Shown: positions 53,098 through 62,813 of the stretch, in pieces
Layout: each line of letters opens with the position of its first letter
Numbering within the stretch: the stretch's first letter is position 1
IMG/VR virus record: IMGVR_UViG_2756170246_000001
Span: 4,509-68,508 of that record
Length of the DNA stretch: 64,000 nt
From: a virus
Lineage: Duplodnaviria; Caudoviricetes
Reading direction: 5' to 3' (one strand)
Translations under genes and position numbers: made by a program
The notes under the pieces: model-generated
The model's database searches: none
What the model was told of the DNA's origin: nothing
Seen by the model: the letters and a program-made list of their open reading frames with translations, nothing else

Positions 53098-54285
53098 ATG
53101 AACACCCAATCGAAAGCCGTCGAGACCGTCGACCGCAGCACCGGCGAACTCACCCCGCTGCCACCAGGCATGGGGGGCAACCAGAGCCTCGCCGTCCAAC
53201 TCGCGATGGCGGAGCTCAACCAGGACGTCATCACGGCGAGGGCGTTCCCGCGCTCCGTCGCCAACGTCATGCGCAACATCACCGAGCTCGTCATGCTCGA
53301 CGAGCAGACCGCCAAGGAATGCGTCTACGCGGTGCCGCGTGACGGCAAGACGATCCGTGGACCCTCAATCCGCCTCGCCGAGATCATCGCGTCACAATGG
53401 GGGAACTGCCACTGCGCCTCCCGCGTCGTCCACGTCGACAAGATCGAGAAGTATGTCGAATCCGAAGGCATCTTCCATGATCTCGAAACCGGGCTGAAGC
53501 GGACGGCGAGAACACGCAAGAACATCTCGAAGCGCGATGGCGGTCTATACTCCCAGGACATGATCATGACGGCGGGCAACGCGGCGGCCTCGATCGGCAT
53601 GCGCGAAGCCATCCTGAAAGGTGTTCCGAAAGCGGTCTGGCGGCAGGCGTTCGAGCATGCCGAAAAAGTCATCCGTGGCGACGTTACCACGCTGCTGGAG
53701 CGCCGCGAGGAAGCGATGAAGGCGCTCGCCGGCATCGGTGTCGCCCCGGAGCGTGTCTTCGCCGCGGTCGGCGTCGCCGGCCTCGAAGAGATCGGCCTCG
53801 ATGAACTCGCCGATCTCTACGCGATGTACCAGGGTGTCAAAAGCAAGGAGACCGACGTCGATGAGGTCTTCCCGGCCGTGAAGAAGAACGGTGACCAACC
53901 CGCCGGTCTGAGGGGCAAGCTTGACCAGCTCGCCGGCGATGCCACCGACAAGAAACCCACCGCCGACAAAGCGGCCCTGAAATCGGATGCCGCTCCCCCG
54001 GCGGGCTCCGAGCAATCCGGCGGCAAGGCCACCCCCAAGGCCGCCGCCGGAACCCAGCCGTCGTCCGGCACCTCCCAAGCCCAATCCCAGCCGGACGACG
54101 GCGATCCCATCGCGAAGGCGACCCGCATGGGTCGCGCCGCCTACCGCCGCAACATGTCGAAGAAGGCGATCCCGGTCGACTTCAAGGCGGAAGGCAGGGA
54201 GGCCGAAAGGCAGGCCTGGCTCGACGGCTTCGTCGCCGAGGAAGACGCCGAGGCGCCGGAGTCCGGCTCGGTCGAGGAGGATTAA
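53098..54285 (+). CDS. Putative single-strand annealing (recombinase) protein
   Basis: AGGAG RBS; ARAFPRS...YAVPRDGKTIRGPSIRLAE; position next to YqaJ; disordered C-terminus. Confidence 0.6.
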   Translation: MNTQSKAVETVDRSTGELTPLPPGMGGNQSLAVQLAMAELNQDVITARAFPRSVANVMRNITELVMLDEQTAKECVYAVPRDGKTIRGPSIRLAEIIASQWGNCHCASRVVHVDKIEKYVESEGIFHDLETGLKRTARTRKNISKRDGGLYSQDMIMTAGNAAASIGMREAILKGVPKAVWRQAFEHAEKVIRGDVTTLLERREEAMKALAGIGVAPERVFAAVGVAGLEEIGLDELADLYAMYQGVKSKETDVDEVFPAVKKNGDQPAGLRGKLDQLAGDATDKKPTADKAALKSDAAPPAGSEQSGGKATPKAAAGTQPSSGTSQAQSQPDDGDPIAKATRMGRAAYRRNMSKKAIPVDFKAEGREAERQAWLDGFVAEEDAEAPESGSVEED

Positions 54286-54288
54286 TCC

Positions 54289-54636
54289 ATGTGGTTGCTT
54301 CGCAAAACCAAACGGCAGGACGATCTCACCGAGGCCGACCTGAAGCCCGACACGCTGACCGGCTCGCTTCTCGACCGCAGCGCGAACTCGGTCACCAACA
54401 TGCTAGATCGCTTCAGGGCCGACGAGGTCGCGTTGGAACGCGAGATCGCCGAGCTGACCGAACGGTTGCGGCAGACCCGCGTTGCGCTTACCGCGTTCGA
54501 ATCTGCCGGCGCCATCATTGAGGGAGGCAAGGATGTCGCCGCATCACCGCCGGCCAAGATCGGGCGGTTGGTGCCGCGCGCTGCCCCAGCCGTTGAGAAG
54601 CCCATCGTCCACGTCCATACGGACATCCGGGCATGA
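54289..54636 (+). CDS. Hypothetical coiled-coil protein
   Basis: GAGGA RBS; operon-coupled. Confidence 0.65.
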   Translation: MWLLRKTKRQDDLTEADLKPDTLTGSLLDRSANSVTNMLDRFRADEVALEREIAELTERLRQTRVALTAFESAGAIIEGGKDVAASPPAKIGRLVPRAAPAVEKPIVHVHTDIRA

Positions 54637-54977
54637 GCGTCGAGATCCACGCCGCGGATGTCGCTAAATTCGCGAACGGCCGCAAGGTCGTCACGGTGAC
54701 GCGACCCGGCACCCGGAAGGTGCCGAGCAAGGTCGGCGATCCCGTCGATCAGCGGTTCAATGTCGGCGACGTCATGCTCGTCGATGCCGCCGGCAAGGCC
54801 ATAGTAGGGCCGCTCAACTTTGCTGGCGCCACCGATATCGCCCGGGCCGTCATTGAGGGTGATCCCCATGCGGTGACTGACAGCCACTCGCTGCGCGCGC
54901 TGGCGACCGCCGTGATCGGGTTTGCGGCGCAAGTTGTGGCGCCGGAGCCCATATCAACCACAGAGAAGACAGTTTGA
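54633..54977 (+). CDS. Hypothetical protein
   Basis: ATGA-coupled. Confidence 0.6.
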   Translation: MSVEIHAADVAKFANGRKVVTVTRPGTRKVPSKVGDPVDQRFNVGDVMLVDAAGKAIVGPLNFAGATDIARAVIEGDPHAVTDSHSLRALATAVIGFAAQVVAPEPISTTEKTV

Positions 54978-55399
54978 TGGGAAAGTTTCGTAAAGGCGAT
55001 GTCGTCACCATCGAAGGCACAATCGACAGCGGCTTCGAGCATGAAGGCAAGATCAAGGTTCGCATCGGGTCATTCAGCGATGCCTTCGCGAGCGTGTCTG
55101 ACATCAAGATGGTCCGTCCGATCATCGAAGTCGGCGACCGTGTGGCCTACCCCGCCGATGGGTACAATGCCGGCGAAGTGGGCGAAGTGCTGGCGATCAT
55201 CGACGGCTATTGCTGGGTGAAGCTCGCAACCGAATATGGCAGCGGCCGCGTCAGTTGGCCCGTCGCCTGCGTCAATCGCGTCGATCCGCCCGATCCAGCA
55301 TCCGTCGAACCTCCGGCACCTGCCGTCGCCGACGAAATGGAAATCCCAGCGGCGCCCGAGCCGGTGACTGTGGATGACACCGACCCGCTCCCATTCTGA
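54977..55399 (+). CDS. Hypothetical protein (tandem SH3/KOW-like repeats possible)
   Basis: FRKGDVV...; IEVGDRV...[13 protein letters not shown]. Confidence 0.6.
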   Translation: MGKFRKGDVVTIEGTIDSGFEHEGKIKVRIGSFSDAFASVSDIKMVRPIIEVGDRVAYPADGYNAGEVGEVLAIIDGYCWVKLATEYGSGRVSWPVACVNRVDPPDPASVEPPAPAVADEMEIPAAPEPVTVDDTDPLPF

Positions 55400-55418
55400 A
55401 ACCCCGAGGAACCGACCA

Positions 55419-55649
55419 ATGACCATCGCAGACCGCGTGAAGAAGATCATCGCCAATCATCTCTGTGTCGAAGCCGACAAGGTGATTGATCAGGCAAGCT
55501 GGGATGACCTCGGCGCCGATAGCCTCGACACAGTCGAACTGATGCTCGCATGGGAAGAGGAGTTCGATATTCAGATCCGCGATGAGGACGCCGAGAAGTT
55601 TCTGACCGTCGGCGACGCCATTACCTACGTCGAGAAGGCGATCGGGTGA
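55419..55649 (+). CDS. acpP: Acyl carrier protein
   Basis: RVKKIIA.HL.V...V...[39 protein letters not shown]; phosphopantetheine Ser intact. Confidence 0.93.
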   Translation: MTIADRVKKIIANHLCVEADKVIDQASWDDLGADSLDTVELMLAWEEEFDIQIRDEDAEKFLTVGDAITYVEKAIG

Positions 55650-55909
55650 TGACCGGCGAAGCGCTTCAGATCATCGGCGAGATCGGCCACGTCAGGTTGG
55701 AGCCGGGCGATGTTCTGATCGTCACATGCCCGCATGCGATCACCCGCGAGGCGCATGCCCGAATTCAGCAGACCGTTGCGAGCATCTTCGCCGGCCACAA
55801 AGTCATCGTGGTCGACAGCGGCGTGAGGATCGAGGTCGCCCGCGAGGCGCCGCCGCAGAAGACGACCGAAGAAACCGACTACGACATGGACAGGTATAGC
55901 GCGCGATGA
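55649..55909 (+). CDS. Hypothetical protein
   Basis: TGATG-coupled to ACP. Confidence 0.6.
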   Translation: MTGEALQIIGEIGHVRLEPGDVLIVTCPHAITREAHARIQQTVASIFAGHKVIVVDSGVRIEVAREAPPQKTTEETDYDMDRYSAR

Positions 55910-56697
55910 CCGCTCCGCTCACCCTCATCCGCGTCGTCGACACGGAGACTACGGGTCTCACCGATCCGAAGGAGCTCGTCGAGATCGGCTGGACCGACGT
56001 CCGATTCTTTCCCACCGGCTGGGCGATCGAGAGCGGACCGCATTCCCGCCTCGTCAACCCGGGGATACCGATCACGCCCGGCGCGCGTGCGGCGCACCAC
56101 ATCACCGACGAAGAAGCCGCCAGCGGTATGCCTCCGGATCACGCTCGCGCGCTGATCTCTCCCGGTCCGGACTACATCTGCTGTCACAACCTGTCCTATG
56201 ACGCGCCGCTATTGAAGACCGGGAAGCCGGGCATCTGCACGTTCAAATGCGCGAAGGAAACCTATCCGAACCTCGAAAGCCACAAGAACGGCGCGATCTG
56301 GTACGCGCTCGGGCTTGGCGGCGGCGCCAAGCAGATGGAGCCCGTGCACCGCGCCGGCCCCGACAGTTGGACGACAGCGCACATCCTTCTCGATCTTCTC
56401 CGGGTGCTGGCCGTAGAGACGATGGTCGAGATCTCGGCGAACCCGCTCCGGCTGCTGAAGATGTCCTTCGGCAAGCATGCCGGTCTGTCGTTCGGCGAAC
56501 TGCCGACCGACTACTTGGATTGGGTCCTGCATAAATCGGACATGCGGAATGACCCCGACAAAGCCGACGTCGTCCACACCGCGCGTCTCGAATGGGTGAA
56601 GCGGACCTCCGATCCCCAACCGCAGCCGCAAGCCCGGCCGCAGGTCGAAGTCGTCGATCCGGATGCGTGGCGCAAAGACATAGGGAAGGCGTTCTGA
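55906..56697 (+). CDS. DEDDh 3'-5' exonuclease (ExoX-like) with DUF3820-like C-terminus
   Basis: VVDTETTG; HN..YD; HRAGPD; MSFGKHAG..F.ELPTDYL.W. Confidence 0.88.
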   Translation: MTAPLTLIRVVDTETTGLTDPKELVEIGWTDVRFFPTGWAIESGPHSRLVNPGIPITPGARAAHHITDEEAASGMPPDHARALISPGPDYICCHNLSYDAPLLKTGKPGICTFKCAKETYPNLESHKNGAIWYALGLGGGAKQMEPVHRAGPDSWTTAHILLDLLRVLAVETMVEISANPLRLLKMSFGKHAGLSFGELPTDYLDWVLHKSDMRNDPDKADVVHTARLEWVKRTSDPQPQPQARPQVEVVDPDAWRKDIGKAF

Positions 56698-57089
56698 TGG
56701 AAACCGAGACTGAAACCGTCCAACCGATCGATGACAGCTTCGAATGGGCGATCGTCGAAATCTTCGGTCACCGCAAGCACGCTGGCCGGATGCGCGAGGA
56801 GGAGCGTTTCGGCGCCAAGATGTGCCGGATCGATGTTCCGACGCTCGTCTCCGACCCGATCGAGGAAGGCAAACCGACGTCATGGTCGGTCACCGGATGG
56901 GTTAGCCATTGTTACGGCGGCCCGGCGATCTTCTCGATCACGTTGACGGACGTGGAAACCGTCATGCGCATCAACCGGCCCTACCAGTCGGCCTCGCGTT
57001 ATATCGCGCCGCCCGACCGATACGATGGTGATGCCGCCGAGGATGTCTCCGTACTGGATGACACAGACGACGGCGAGCCGAGGTGGTGA
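56697..57089 (+). CDS. Conserved phage hypothetical protein
   Basis: EWAIVEIFGHRKHAGR...FGAKMCRIDVP. Confidence 0.7.
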   Translation: METETETVQPIDDSFEWAIVEIFGHRKHAGRMREEERFGAKMCRIDVPTLVSDPIEEGKPTSWSVTGWVSHCYGGPAIFSITLTDVETVMRINRPYQSASRYIAPPDRYDGDAAEDVSVLDDTDDGEPRW

Positions 57090-57091
57090 CG

Positions 57092-57310
57092 ATGGCCTAC
57101 CACCGCGCAACCAAGGCAAGCGAGGTTCTCGCCATGCTCGGCGACCACGAGGTCACAACGGCGCCCAAGCTGGCCGCTCACCTGAAGGTCAGCGAACGGA
57201 CCATCCATCGCTACATCAAGGATCTCCGCGCTGGTGGCGCACCGATCCGAGGAGAGGCCGGTACGGGCTTCCAGCTTCGCCGCAAGCCGGAAGGCGACAC
57301 CCATGGCTGA
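57092..57310 (+). CDS. HTH_11 (YafY/BirA-type HTH) protein
   Basis: TAPKLAAHLKVSERTIHRYIKDL...G.PI.GEAG.G. Confidence 0.8.
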   Translation: MAYHRATKASEVLAMLGDHEVTTAPKLAAHLKVSERTIHRYIKDLRAGGAPIRGEAGTGFQLRRKPEGDTHG

Positions 57311-58430
57311 CGCACCGATCTGGTCGCCACAGCAAGATGGTGCGCTGAAGGCTGTCGCCGCCTGGTACGGCAGCGGCTTGGCGCGGCGACAGGTCTTCCG
57401 CGTCTTCGGCTACGCCGGCACCGGCAAGACGACGCTGGCCCGCCACTTCGCCGATGCCCTGAAAGGCGGCGTCATGTACATGGCCTACACCGGCAAGGCG
57501 GCGATGGTGATGCGCAAGAACGGCTGCCGCAACGCCATGACGATCCACGCCTCGATCTACGACGTCGATTTCAATCACCAGACCGGCGTCAAGAAATTCG
57601 TGGTCAAGGATGTCGACGAGCTCGCCGATGTCGCCCTTTTCGTAGTCGACGAGTGTTCGATGGTCGACGAGGAGATCGGCAAGGATCTCTTGTCGTTTGG
57701 AGTTCCTGTGCTTGTTCTCGGCGATCCGGCGCAGCTTCCGCCAGTAAAGGGCGGCGGCTTCTTCACCAATGCGGATCCCGACATCATGCTGACCGAGATC
57801 CATCGGCAGGCCGCCGAGAATCCTATCGTCGCGATGGCGACGACCATCCGAGAGGGCGGTCGGCTCGAATACGGCAGCTATGGCGTCAGCGAGGTGATCC
57901 GACGCTCCGCGCTCAACCAGGACCACGTCATGAACGCCGGCCAGGTCCTCGTCGGCTTGAACAAGACGAGGTCGACCTACAACACGAGGATGCGCGAGAT
58001 CCTCGGCCGCGCCAGCAAGATGCCGGAGCCCGGCGATCAGCTGGTCTGCCTGAAGAACGACCGCAACAAGGGCATCTTCAACGGCGGCCTCTGGCGCGTC
58101 GTCGAGTTGCTGAAGCGCCGCAAGGGCCACCTCAACGACCACTGCATCAGGATGCATGTCAGCTCGCTCGATTTCGATTCGACGGAGCCGGTCGAGATCA
58201 AGGTGCGCAAGGAATTCTTCGAGGGCGCCGGTAACGAGATTCCCTGGAAAGAACTGAACGGCACTCAGCAGTTCGACTACGGCTACGCGCTGACCGTGCA
58301 CAAGGCCCAGGGCTCCCAGTGGGAGACCGTCTGCCTCTTCGATGAAAGCGCCAATTTTCAATCCGACCGCGCCCGCTGGCTTTACACCGGCCTGACCCGT
58401 GCGGCCGAGAAGATCACGGTGGTGATGTGA
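57303..58430 (+). CDS. RecD/Dda-like SF1B helicase
   Basis: GYAGTGKTT; AYTGKAA; VVDECSMV; [10 protein letters not shown]; EIHRQA; [13 protein letters not shown]; YTGLTRA. Confidence 0.92.
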   Translation: MADAPIWSPQQDGALKAVAAWYGSGLARRQVFRVFGYAGTGKTTLARHFADALKGGVMYMAYTGKAAMVMRKNGCRNAMTIHASIYDVDFNHQTGVKKFVVKDVDELADVALFVVDECSMVDEEIGKDLLSFGVPVLVLGDPAQLPPVKGGGFFTNADPDIMLTEIHRQAAENPIVAMATTIREGGRLEYGSYGVSEVIRRSALNQDHVMNAGQVLVGLNKTRSTYNTRMREILGRASKMPEPGDQLVCLKNDRNKGIFNGGLWRVVELLKRRKGHLNDHCIRMHVSSLDFDSTEPVEIKVRKEFFEGAGNEIPWKELNGTQQFDYGYALTVHKAQGSQWETVCLFDESANFQSDRARWLYTGLTRAAEKITVVM

Positions 58431-59011
58431 TGGATGCCCAAGCCTTCCCGCTGACCTGGCCCGACACGATGCCGAGGACGCCAAACAAGGTGGCATCGAA
58501 GTTCAAGACCGAACTGTCCGCAGCGCTGAAGAACGTGCGTTCCTCGCTCGGGCTGTTCTCCGGCGACAGCGGAAAGAAGGTCGACAACCTTGTGATTTCA
58601 TCGAACGTCACGCTTGGCGTCGAACGTCCAGCCGATCCCGGCGTCGCCGTCTGGTTCGTCTGGGATGGTATGCAGGTCTGCATCGCCGTCGACCGCTACG
58701 CCAAGGTCGAGGACAACCTGCAGGCGATCCACCACATCGTCGAGGCTCGCCGTACCGAGATGCGTCACGGCGGGCTGCACATCGTGCGCGCCACGTTCCG
58801 GGGCTTCACCGCGTTGCCGGCGCCGAAGCGGCGATCGTGGCGCGAGATATTCAAGGTCGACGGCACCTTGCCGACCACAGCGGCAGGCCTCGAAAGCCGA
58901 TATCGCTCCCTCGCGAAGGAGCGTCACCCCGACAGCCCGGGCGGGTCGCACGACGCGATGACCGAACTCAACCAAGCAAAATCAGAAGCTCTCAAGGAGA
59001 TAGGTGCGTAA
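58430..59011 (+). CDS. Phage J-domain (DnaJ-like) protein
   Basis: AFPLTWP N-terminus; C-terminal [22 protein letters not shown]. Confidence 0.85.
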   Translation: MDAQAFPLTWPDTMPRTPNKVASKFKTELSAALKNVRSSLGLFSGDSGKKVDNLVISSNVTLGVERPADPGVAVWFVWDGMQVCIAVDRYAKVEDNLQAIHHIVEARRTEMRHGGLHIVRATFRGFTALPAPKRRSWREIFKVDGTLPTTAAGLESRYRSLAKERHPDSPGGSHDAMTELNQAKSEALKEIGA

Positions 59012-59523
59012 TGGCCGGTTCACTAAACAAAGTCCTTCTCATCGGCCACCTTGGCGCCGACCCAGAGATCCGCCGGCTCAACTCCGGTGAGCCCGTCGTC
59101 AACATCCGGATCGCCACCTCAGAGTCCTGGCGGGACAAGAATTCCGGCGAACGCAAAGAGAAAACTGAATGGCATAACGTGGTGATATTCAACGACAACA
59201 TCGCCAAGGTCGCCGAGCAATATCTCAAGAAGGGCATGAAGGTCTACGTCGAGGGCCAGCTGCAAACCCGCAAGTGGCAGGATCAATCCGGGACGGATCG
59301 CTACACCACCGAAATCGTCCTGCAGAAGTTTCGCGGTGAGCTCCAGATGCTGGAGACCAAGAACGGCGGCGACGATCCCAGTGACGATCGCGGCGGCCGT
59401 CAGGAAAGCCGATCGAGCGGTGGCAATCGTGGGAGCGACTTCGGCGGCGGCGGACAGGGTGCCGGTCGCCGTTCCAACAGCGAATTAGACGACGACATAC
59501 CTTTCGCTCCGGAATGGCGATGA
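59011..59523 (+). CDS. ssb: Single-stranded DNA-binding protein
   Basis: [19 protein letters not shown]...[20 protein letters not shown]...EGQLQTRKW; DDDIPF tail. Confidence 0.96.
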   Translation: MAGSLNKVLLIGHLGADPEIRRLNSGEPVVNIRIATSESWRDKNSGERKEKTEWHNVVIFNDNIAKVAEQYLKKGMKVYVEGQLQTRKWQDQSGTDRYTTEIVLQKFRGELQMLETKNGGDDPSDDRGGRQESRSSGGNRGSDFGGGGQGAGRRSNSELDDDIPFAPEWR

Positions 59524-61523
59524 TGGTCGAGTTATTCGACTATCAACGAAAGGCACTTCAGGAGGTCAACGCCTCGCTGGATGAGCACAGGCGCGTCGTG
59601 CTCCAGATGCCGACTGGCTCCGGGAAAACCGTAACTGCGGCCGAGTTTGTGCGGCGCGAGGCCCAGAAGCACGTCGTTTGGTTTATTTGCCATCGACGCG
59701 AGATCATCCGACAGGCTTCGCGCGCGTTCTCAGAACTCGGTATCCGTCACGGCATCATCGCCCCTGATGCTGAGAAGATGAGGCTTGGCTTTGCGTTTGA
59801 TCCCACGGCCAGGGTCAAGATCGCTTCAATCCAGACGCTTGCCAACCGCGTCGATGAGTTCGACCCGCCTGCGGTCGTCGTTTGGGACGAATGCCACCAT
59901 ATCGCAGCCGATAGTTGGGCGCGCCTTTTGGCGCGGTTCCCGGAGGCCAAGCACGTAGGGCTGACCGCTACACCCGAACGCTTGGACGGCAAGGGTTTGG
60001 TGACTTGGTTCCCGGAAATGGTACTTGGCCCCTCGATCCGGCAGCTGATCGATAAGGGGCGCTTAGCACCTTACCGCATGTTCGCGCCGACGGAACCGGA
60101 TATGAGATCGGCGCGGATCAAGCTTGGCGACTACCTTCAGGCCGACACTGAACGGATCATGAGCGCGCCCGTGATTATCGGCGATGCTGTCGAGCACTAC
60201 AAGCGCGCGATCCCGGCAAGCCGCGCACTCGTCTTTGCCACGTCAGTAGCGGCCAGTCTGGCGGTTGTAGAACAATTCGGAGCAGAAGGCATTGCGGCGC
60301 AGCATGTCGACGGCACCACGCCCGATGAAGTTCGCGACGAGGCGATCTCGAATCTCGTCGCCGGAAAGATCAAAATCCTATCGAGCTATGGTGTCTTCAC
60401 CGAAGGCGTCGACGTGCCAGAGGTTGACGCCGTCATCCTGCTGCGCCCTACCAAATCACTCCAACTTTATCTTCAGATGATCGGTCGCGGGCTGCGATAC
60501 GTGCCAGGCAAGGTTCTAACGATCATGGACCATGCCGGGCTCTACCACGAGCACGGCTTGCCTGACGCTGATTGGCAATGGTCGCTTGAAGGAGGTGCGC
60601 GCAACAGGCGCGTGGAGGCGTTCCGCGCCGGAGCTGAGCGGCTACGAAAATGCCCTAACTGCAAGCATGTTCACGTCCCCGCCGCGACATGCGCACAGTG
60701 CGGATTCGATTATCCGACCGGGCGATACGCTGAGCAATTTGACGGCATATTGATCGAGGTCGGCGCTATTCCACCGGGTTGCGAAACATTTTCCGCCTTT
60801 GCGAGGCATGCAGGCATCTCTCGAACTGGCTTGCGGAGATTGATTGCGAAAGGTCTGCCCGTTGTCGACGGCAGGTATGTCGCAACCGCCGATGGTGAGG
60901 GTTGGCTTGCGTCGAATTATAGCGCTCGCAAATACCAAGCCGTTCCGGAGCCGATTATCGGTCATATCAGCCTTGCGGAGTTCGGACGGCGGTTTTCGAT
61001 TTCCGGCACGGCTGTCAGGGGGTTGGCAAAGAGAGGCTTACCCCTCGACCGGGACGGGATGGTGATCATCGACGATGCCGCTCGTTGGCTGAAAGAGAAC
61101 TGGAATTCGATCAAACGCGCTCCTGTCGATGCGGATAGAGCCGAAGTGCTCAATAAGACAGATTTTGCCAGACTCGCAGGGATTTCGAAGACTCTCCTCT
61201 ACCGCAGCATCTCGGCCGGCATGCCGACTACTTCCAACGGCTGGATACGGGTCCAAGACGGCCTCGATTGGCTGAAGGTGGAGAACAGAAAGTACCTTCC
61301 TCCCCGTGTGCGGAATCCCGCCGAGTTTGAAACGAGAACAAATTTTGCCAAACGCATTGGCGTGTCCCAGCCCATGCCTGCGTATTGGGCGAAGAGAGGC
61401 CTGCCTTGCGCGCCAAACGGATGGGTCCACATCCAGCGCGGCCTCGAATGGGTCCGCGACAACACCGAATTGGTTGTTCCTGTTGAAGCTTGGCCTCCGA
61501 TACATCAAGAGGCTGCTGAATGA
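59520..61523 (+). CDS. SF2 DEAH helicase with Zn ribbon and four C-terminal HTH-like repeats
   Basis: MPTGSGKT; DECHH; [11 protein letters not shown]; TEGVDVP; QMIGRGLR; CPNC...CAQC. Confidence 0.9.
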   Translation: MMVELFDYQRKALQEVNASLDEHRRVVLQMPTGSGKTVTAAEFVRREAQKHVVWFICHRREIIRQASRAFSELGIRHGIIAPDAEKMRLGFAFDPTARVKIASIQTLANRVDEFDPPAVVVWDECHHIAADSWARLLARFPEAKHVGLTATPERLDGKGLVTWFPEMVLGPSIRQLIDKGRLAPYRMFAPTEPDMRSARIKLGDYLQADTERIMSAPVIIGDAVEHYKRAIPASRALVFATSVAASLAVVEQFGAEGIAAQHVDGTTPDEVRDEAISNLVAGKIKILSSYGVFTEGVDVPEVDAVILLRPTKSLQLYLQMIGRGLRYVPGKVLTIMDHAGLYHEHGLPDADWQWSLEGGARNRRVEAFRAGAERLRKCPNCKHVHVPAATCAQCGFDYPTGRYAEQFDGILIEVGAIPPGCETFSAFARHAGISRTGLRRLIAKGLPVVDGRYVATADGEGWLASNYSARKYQAVPEPIIGHISLAEFGRRFSISGTAVRGLAKRGLPLDRDGMVIIDDAARWLKENWNSIKRAPVDADRAEVLNKTDFARLAGISKTLLYRSISAGMPTTSNGWIRVQDGLDWLKVENRKYLPPRVRNPAEFETRTNFAKRIGVSQPMPAYWAKRGLPCAPNGWVHIQRGLEWVRDNTELVVPVEAWPPIHQEAAE

Positions 61524-61651
61524 AGCCTCAGATCATCGCCGCCGCTATCACCATGATCGCGCTCGCCGCATGCGCGACGGCGCCCGACATGTCGCGGCGC
61601 GAGGCCAGCAACATCACCAATCTCGCCATCGTCATGGGGCCCCACCCATGA
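61520..61651 (+). CDS. Small predicted lipoprotein (43 aa; not in the ORF track)
   Basis: [18 protein letters not shown]: basic N-terminus, hydrophobic core, LAAC lipobox; ATGA overlaps at both ends. Confidence 0.65.
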   Translation: MKPQIIAAAITMIALAACATAPDMSRREASNITNLAIVMGPHP

Positions 61652-61830
61652 GCAAGCGCAAGACCGACTTCCGATCGCTGAAGGCCCGCCGCGACATCGC
61701 CATGGCCCGTCCGGAGCTTCGCGGTACCGAAGCGACAGTCGTCATCGTCGATGACTTCGCCATCCAGGAAGCCATCAAGGCGGGTCGCTATAGGAAGCTG
61801 CCGCCAAAGAAGCGATGGCGCTACCAATGA
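61648..61830 (+). CDS. Small basic protein
   Basis: MSKRKTDFRSL; ATGA-coupled. Confidence 0.55.
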   Translation: MSKRKTDFRSLKARRDIAMARPELRGTEATVVIVDDFAIQEAIKAGRYRKLPPKKRWRYQ

Positions 61831-62048
61831 GCGCCGCCGCCGTCATCGCCCGCCTCCGCGCCGGCCAGAAACTGCACATGCAGATTGTCGACGGCCGCCG
61901 GCAGTGGTGGTTCGACGAGCCGTTCCAGGATGTCCCCGACGCCGTGGTGCAGGCGATCCGAGCGAGCGGTGAGGCCAAGATAGGCGAACTCGGCGACAGC
62001 CTTTTCGGGCTGCCGGAGAATTCTCAAACCTGGGAGCGCTCATCGTGA
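61827..62048 (+). CDS. Hypothetical protein
   Basis: ATGA-coupled. Confidence 0.6.
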   Translation: MSAAAVIARLRAGQKLHMQIVDGRRQWWFDEPFQDVPDAVVQAIRASGEAKIGELGDSLFGLPENSQTWERSS

Positions 62049-62497
62049 CCCCGCAAATCGTGCACCGCTACGCCTGGCCGATCCGTGATGCGATTGAGCA
62101 CCTCCTCGGCGAAGCCGCCGGCGATTGCGAGGCCTGGCGCATCCGGATCGAGGGCGAGGAGCTCGTCATCGACGTTGTTGCGCCGGCCGCGCGCGAGGTT
62201 GTGGCGGCTCCCTCGATCGAGACCCCAGCGGAACCGCAGCCGGAAGAGCCCGCGAAGCCGGAACGCAAAGGCGGCAAACTCGCCCAGACCGCCGGCATCA
62301 TCTGTGCCGAACGTGGCTTCTGGAAGTTCCTGGCGGAGAAGTATGACGCGAGAATCGAGACTGCCGACGCCGCCGCGGAATGGCTTCGCGCGCAATGTGG
62401 TGTCGCCAGCCGCGCCGATCTCGATCATGAGCCCCTGAAGGCGGAAACCTTCCGGGACGTCGAGAAGGCCTATCGTTTCTGGCTTGACGGATACTGA
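62045..62497 (+). CDS. Hypothetical phage protein
   Basis: AGIIC.ERGFWKFL...CGVASRADLD motif. Confidence 0.65.
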   Translation: MTPQIVHRYAWPIRDAIEHLLGEAAGDCEAWRIRIEGEELVIDVVAPAAREVVAAPSIETPAEPQPEEPAKPERKGGKLAQTAGIICAERGFWKFLAEKYDARIETADAAAEWLRAQCGVASRADLDHEPLKAETFRDVEKAYRFWLDGY

Positions 62498-62498
62498 G

Positions 62499-62813
62499 AT
62501 GTCTCGCCGCGCGATCCCGCCGCCACCATTGAGGCTCGATGATCTCCCGATGTTCGCCAGCGACATCGAGATCGCGGAGGCCATCGTGGGGCGGGACAAC
62601 GCGGAAAAATGGATGCGGGAACGGTTGCCGGCCCTTGCCAACAAGCCCGGTTTCCCGGCTATTGATGAATTTCACGGCGGACGGCCGGTCAAACACGTCA
62701 TCCGGTTCTACGAGAAATGGCTCGGAACGGATGCGTCGAACGCGACGGCACCGCCCGGCAAAGCGGATCCTGGGCAATGGAAGACGAAGAGCAGATCAAA
62801 GCACCCGGCCTGA
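62499..62813 (+). CDS. Putative excisionase / recombination directionality factor
   Basis: Small protein overlapping the integrase start; assigned by position only. Confidence 0.45.
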   Translation: MSRRAIPPPPLRLDDLPMFASDIEIAEAIVGRDNAEKWMRERLPALANKPGFPAIDEFHGGRPVKHVIRFYEKWLGTDASNATAPPGKADPGQWKTKSRSKHPA

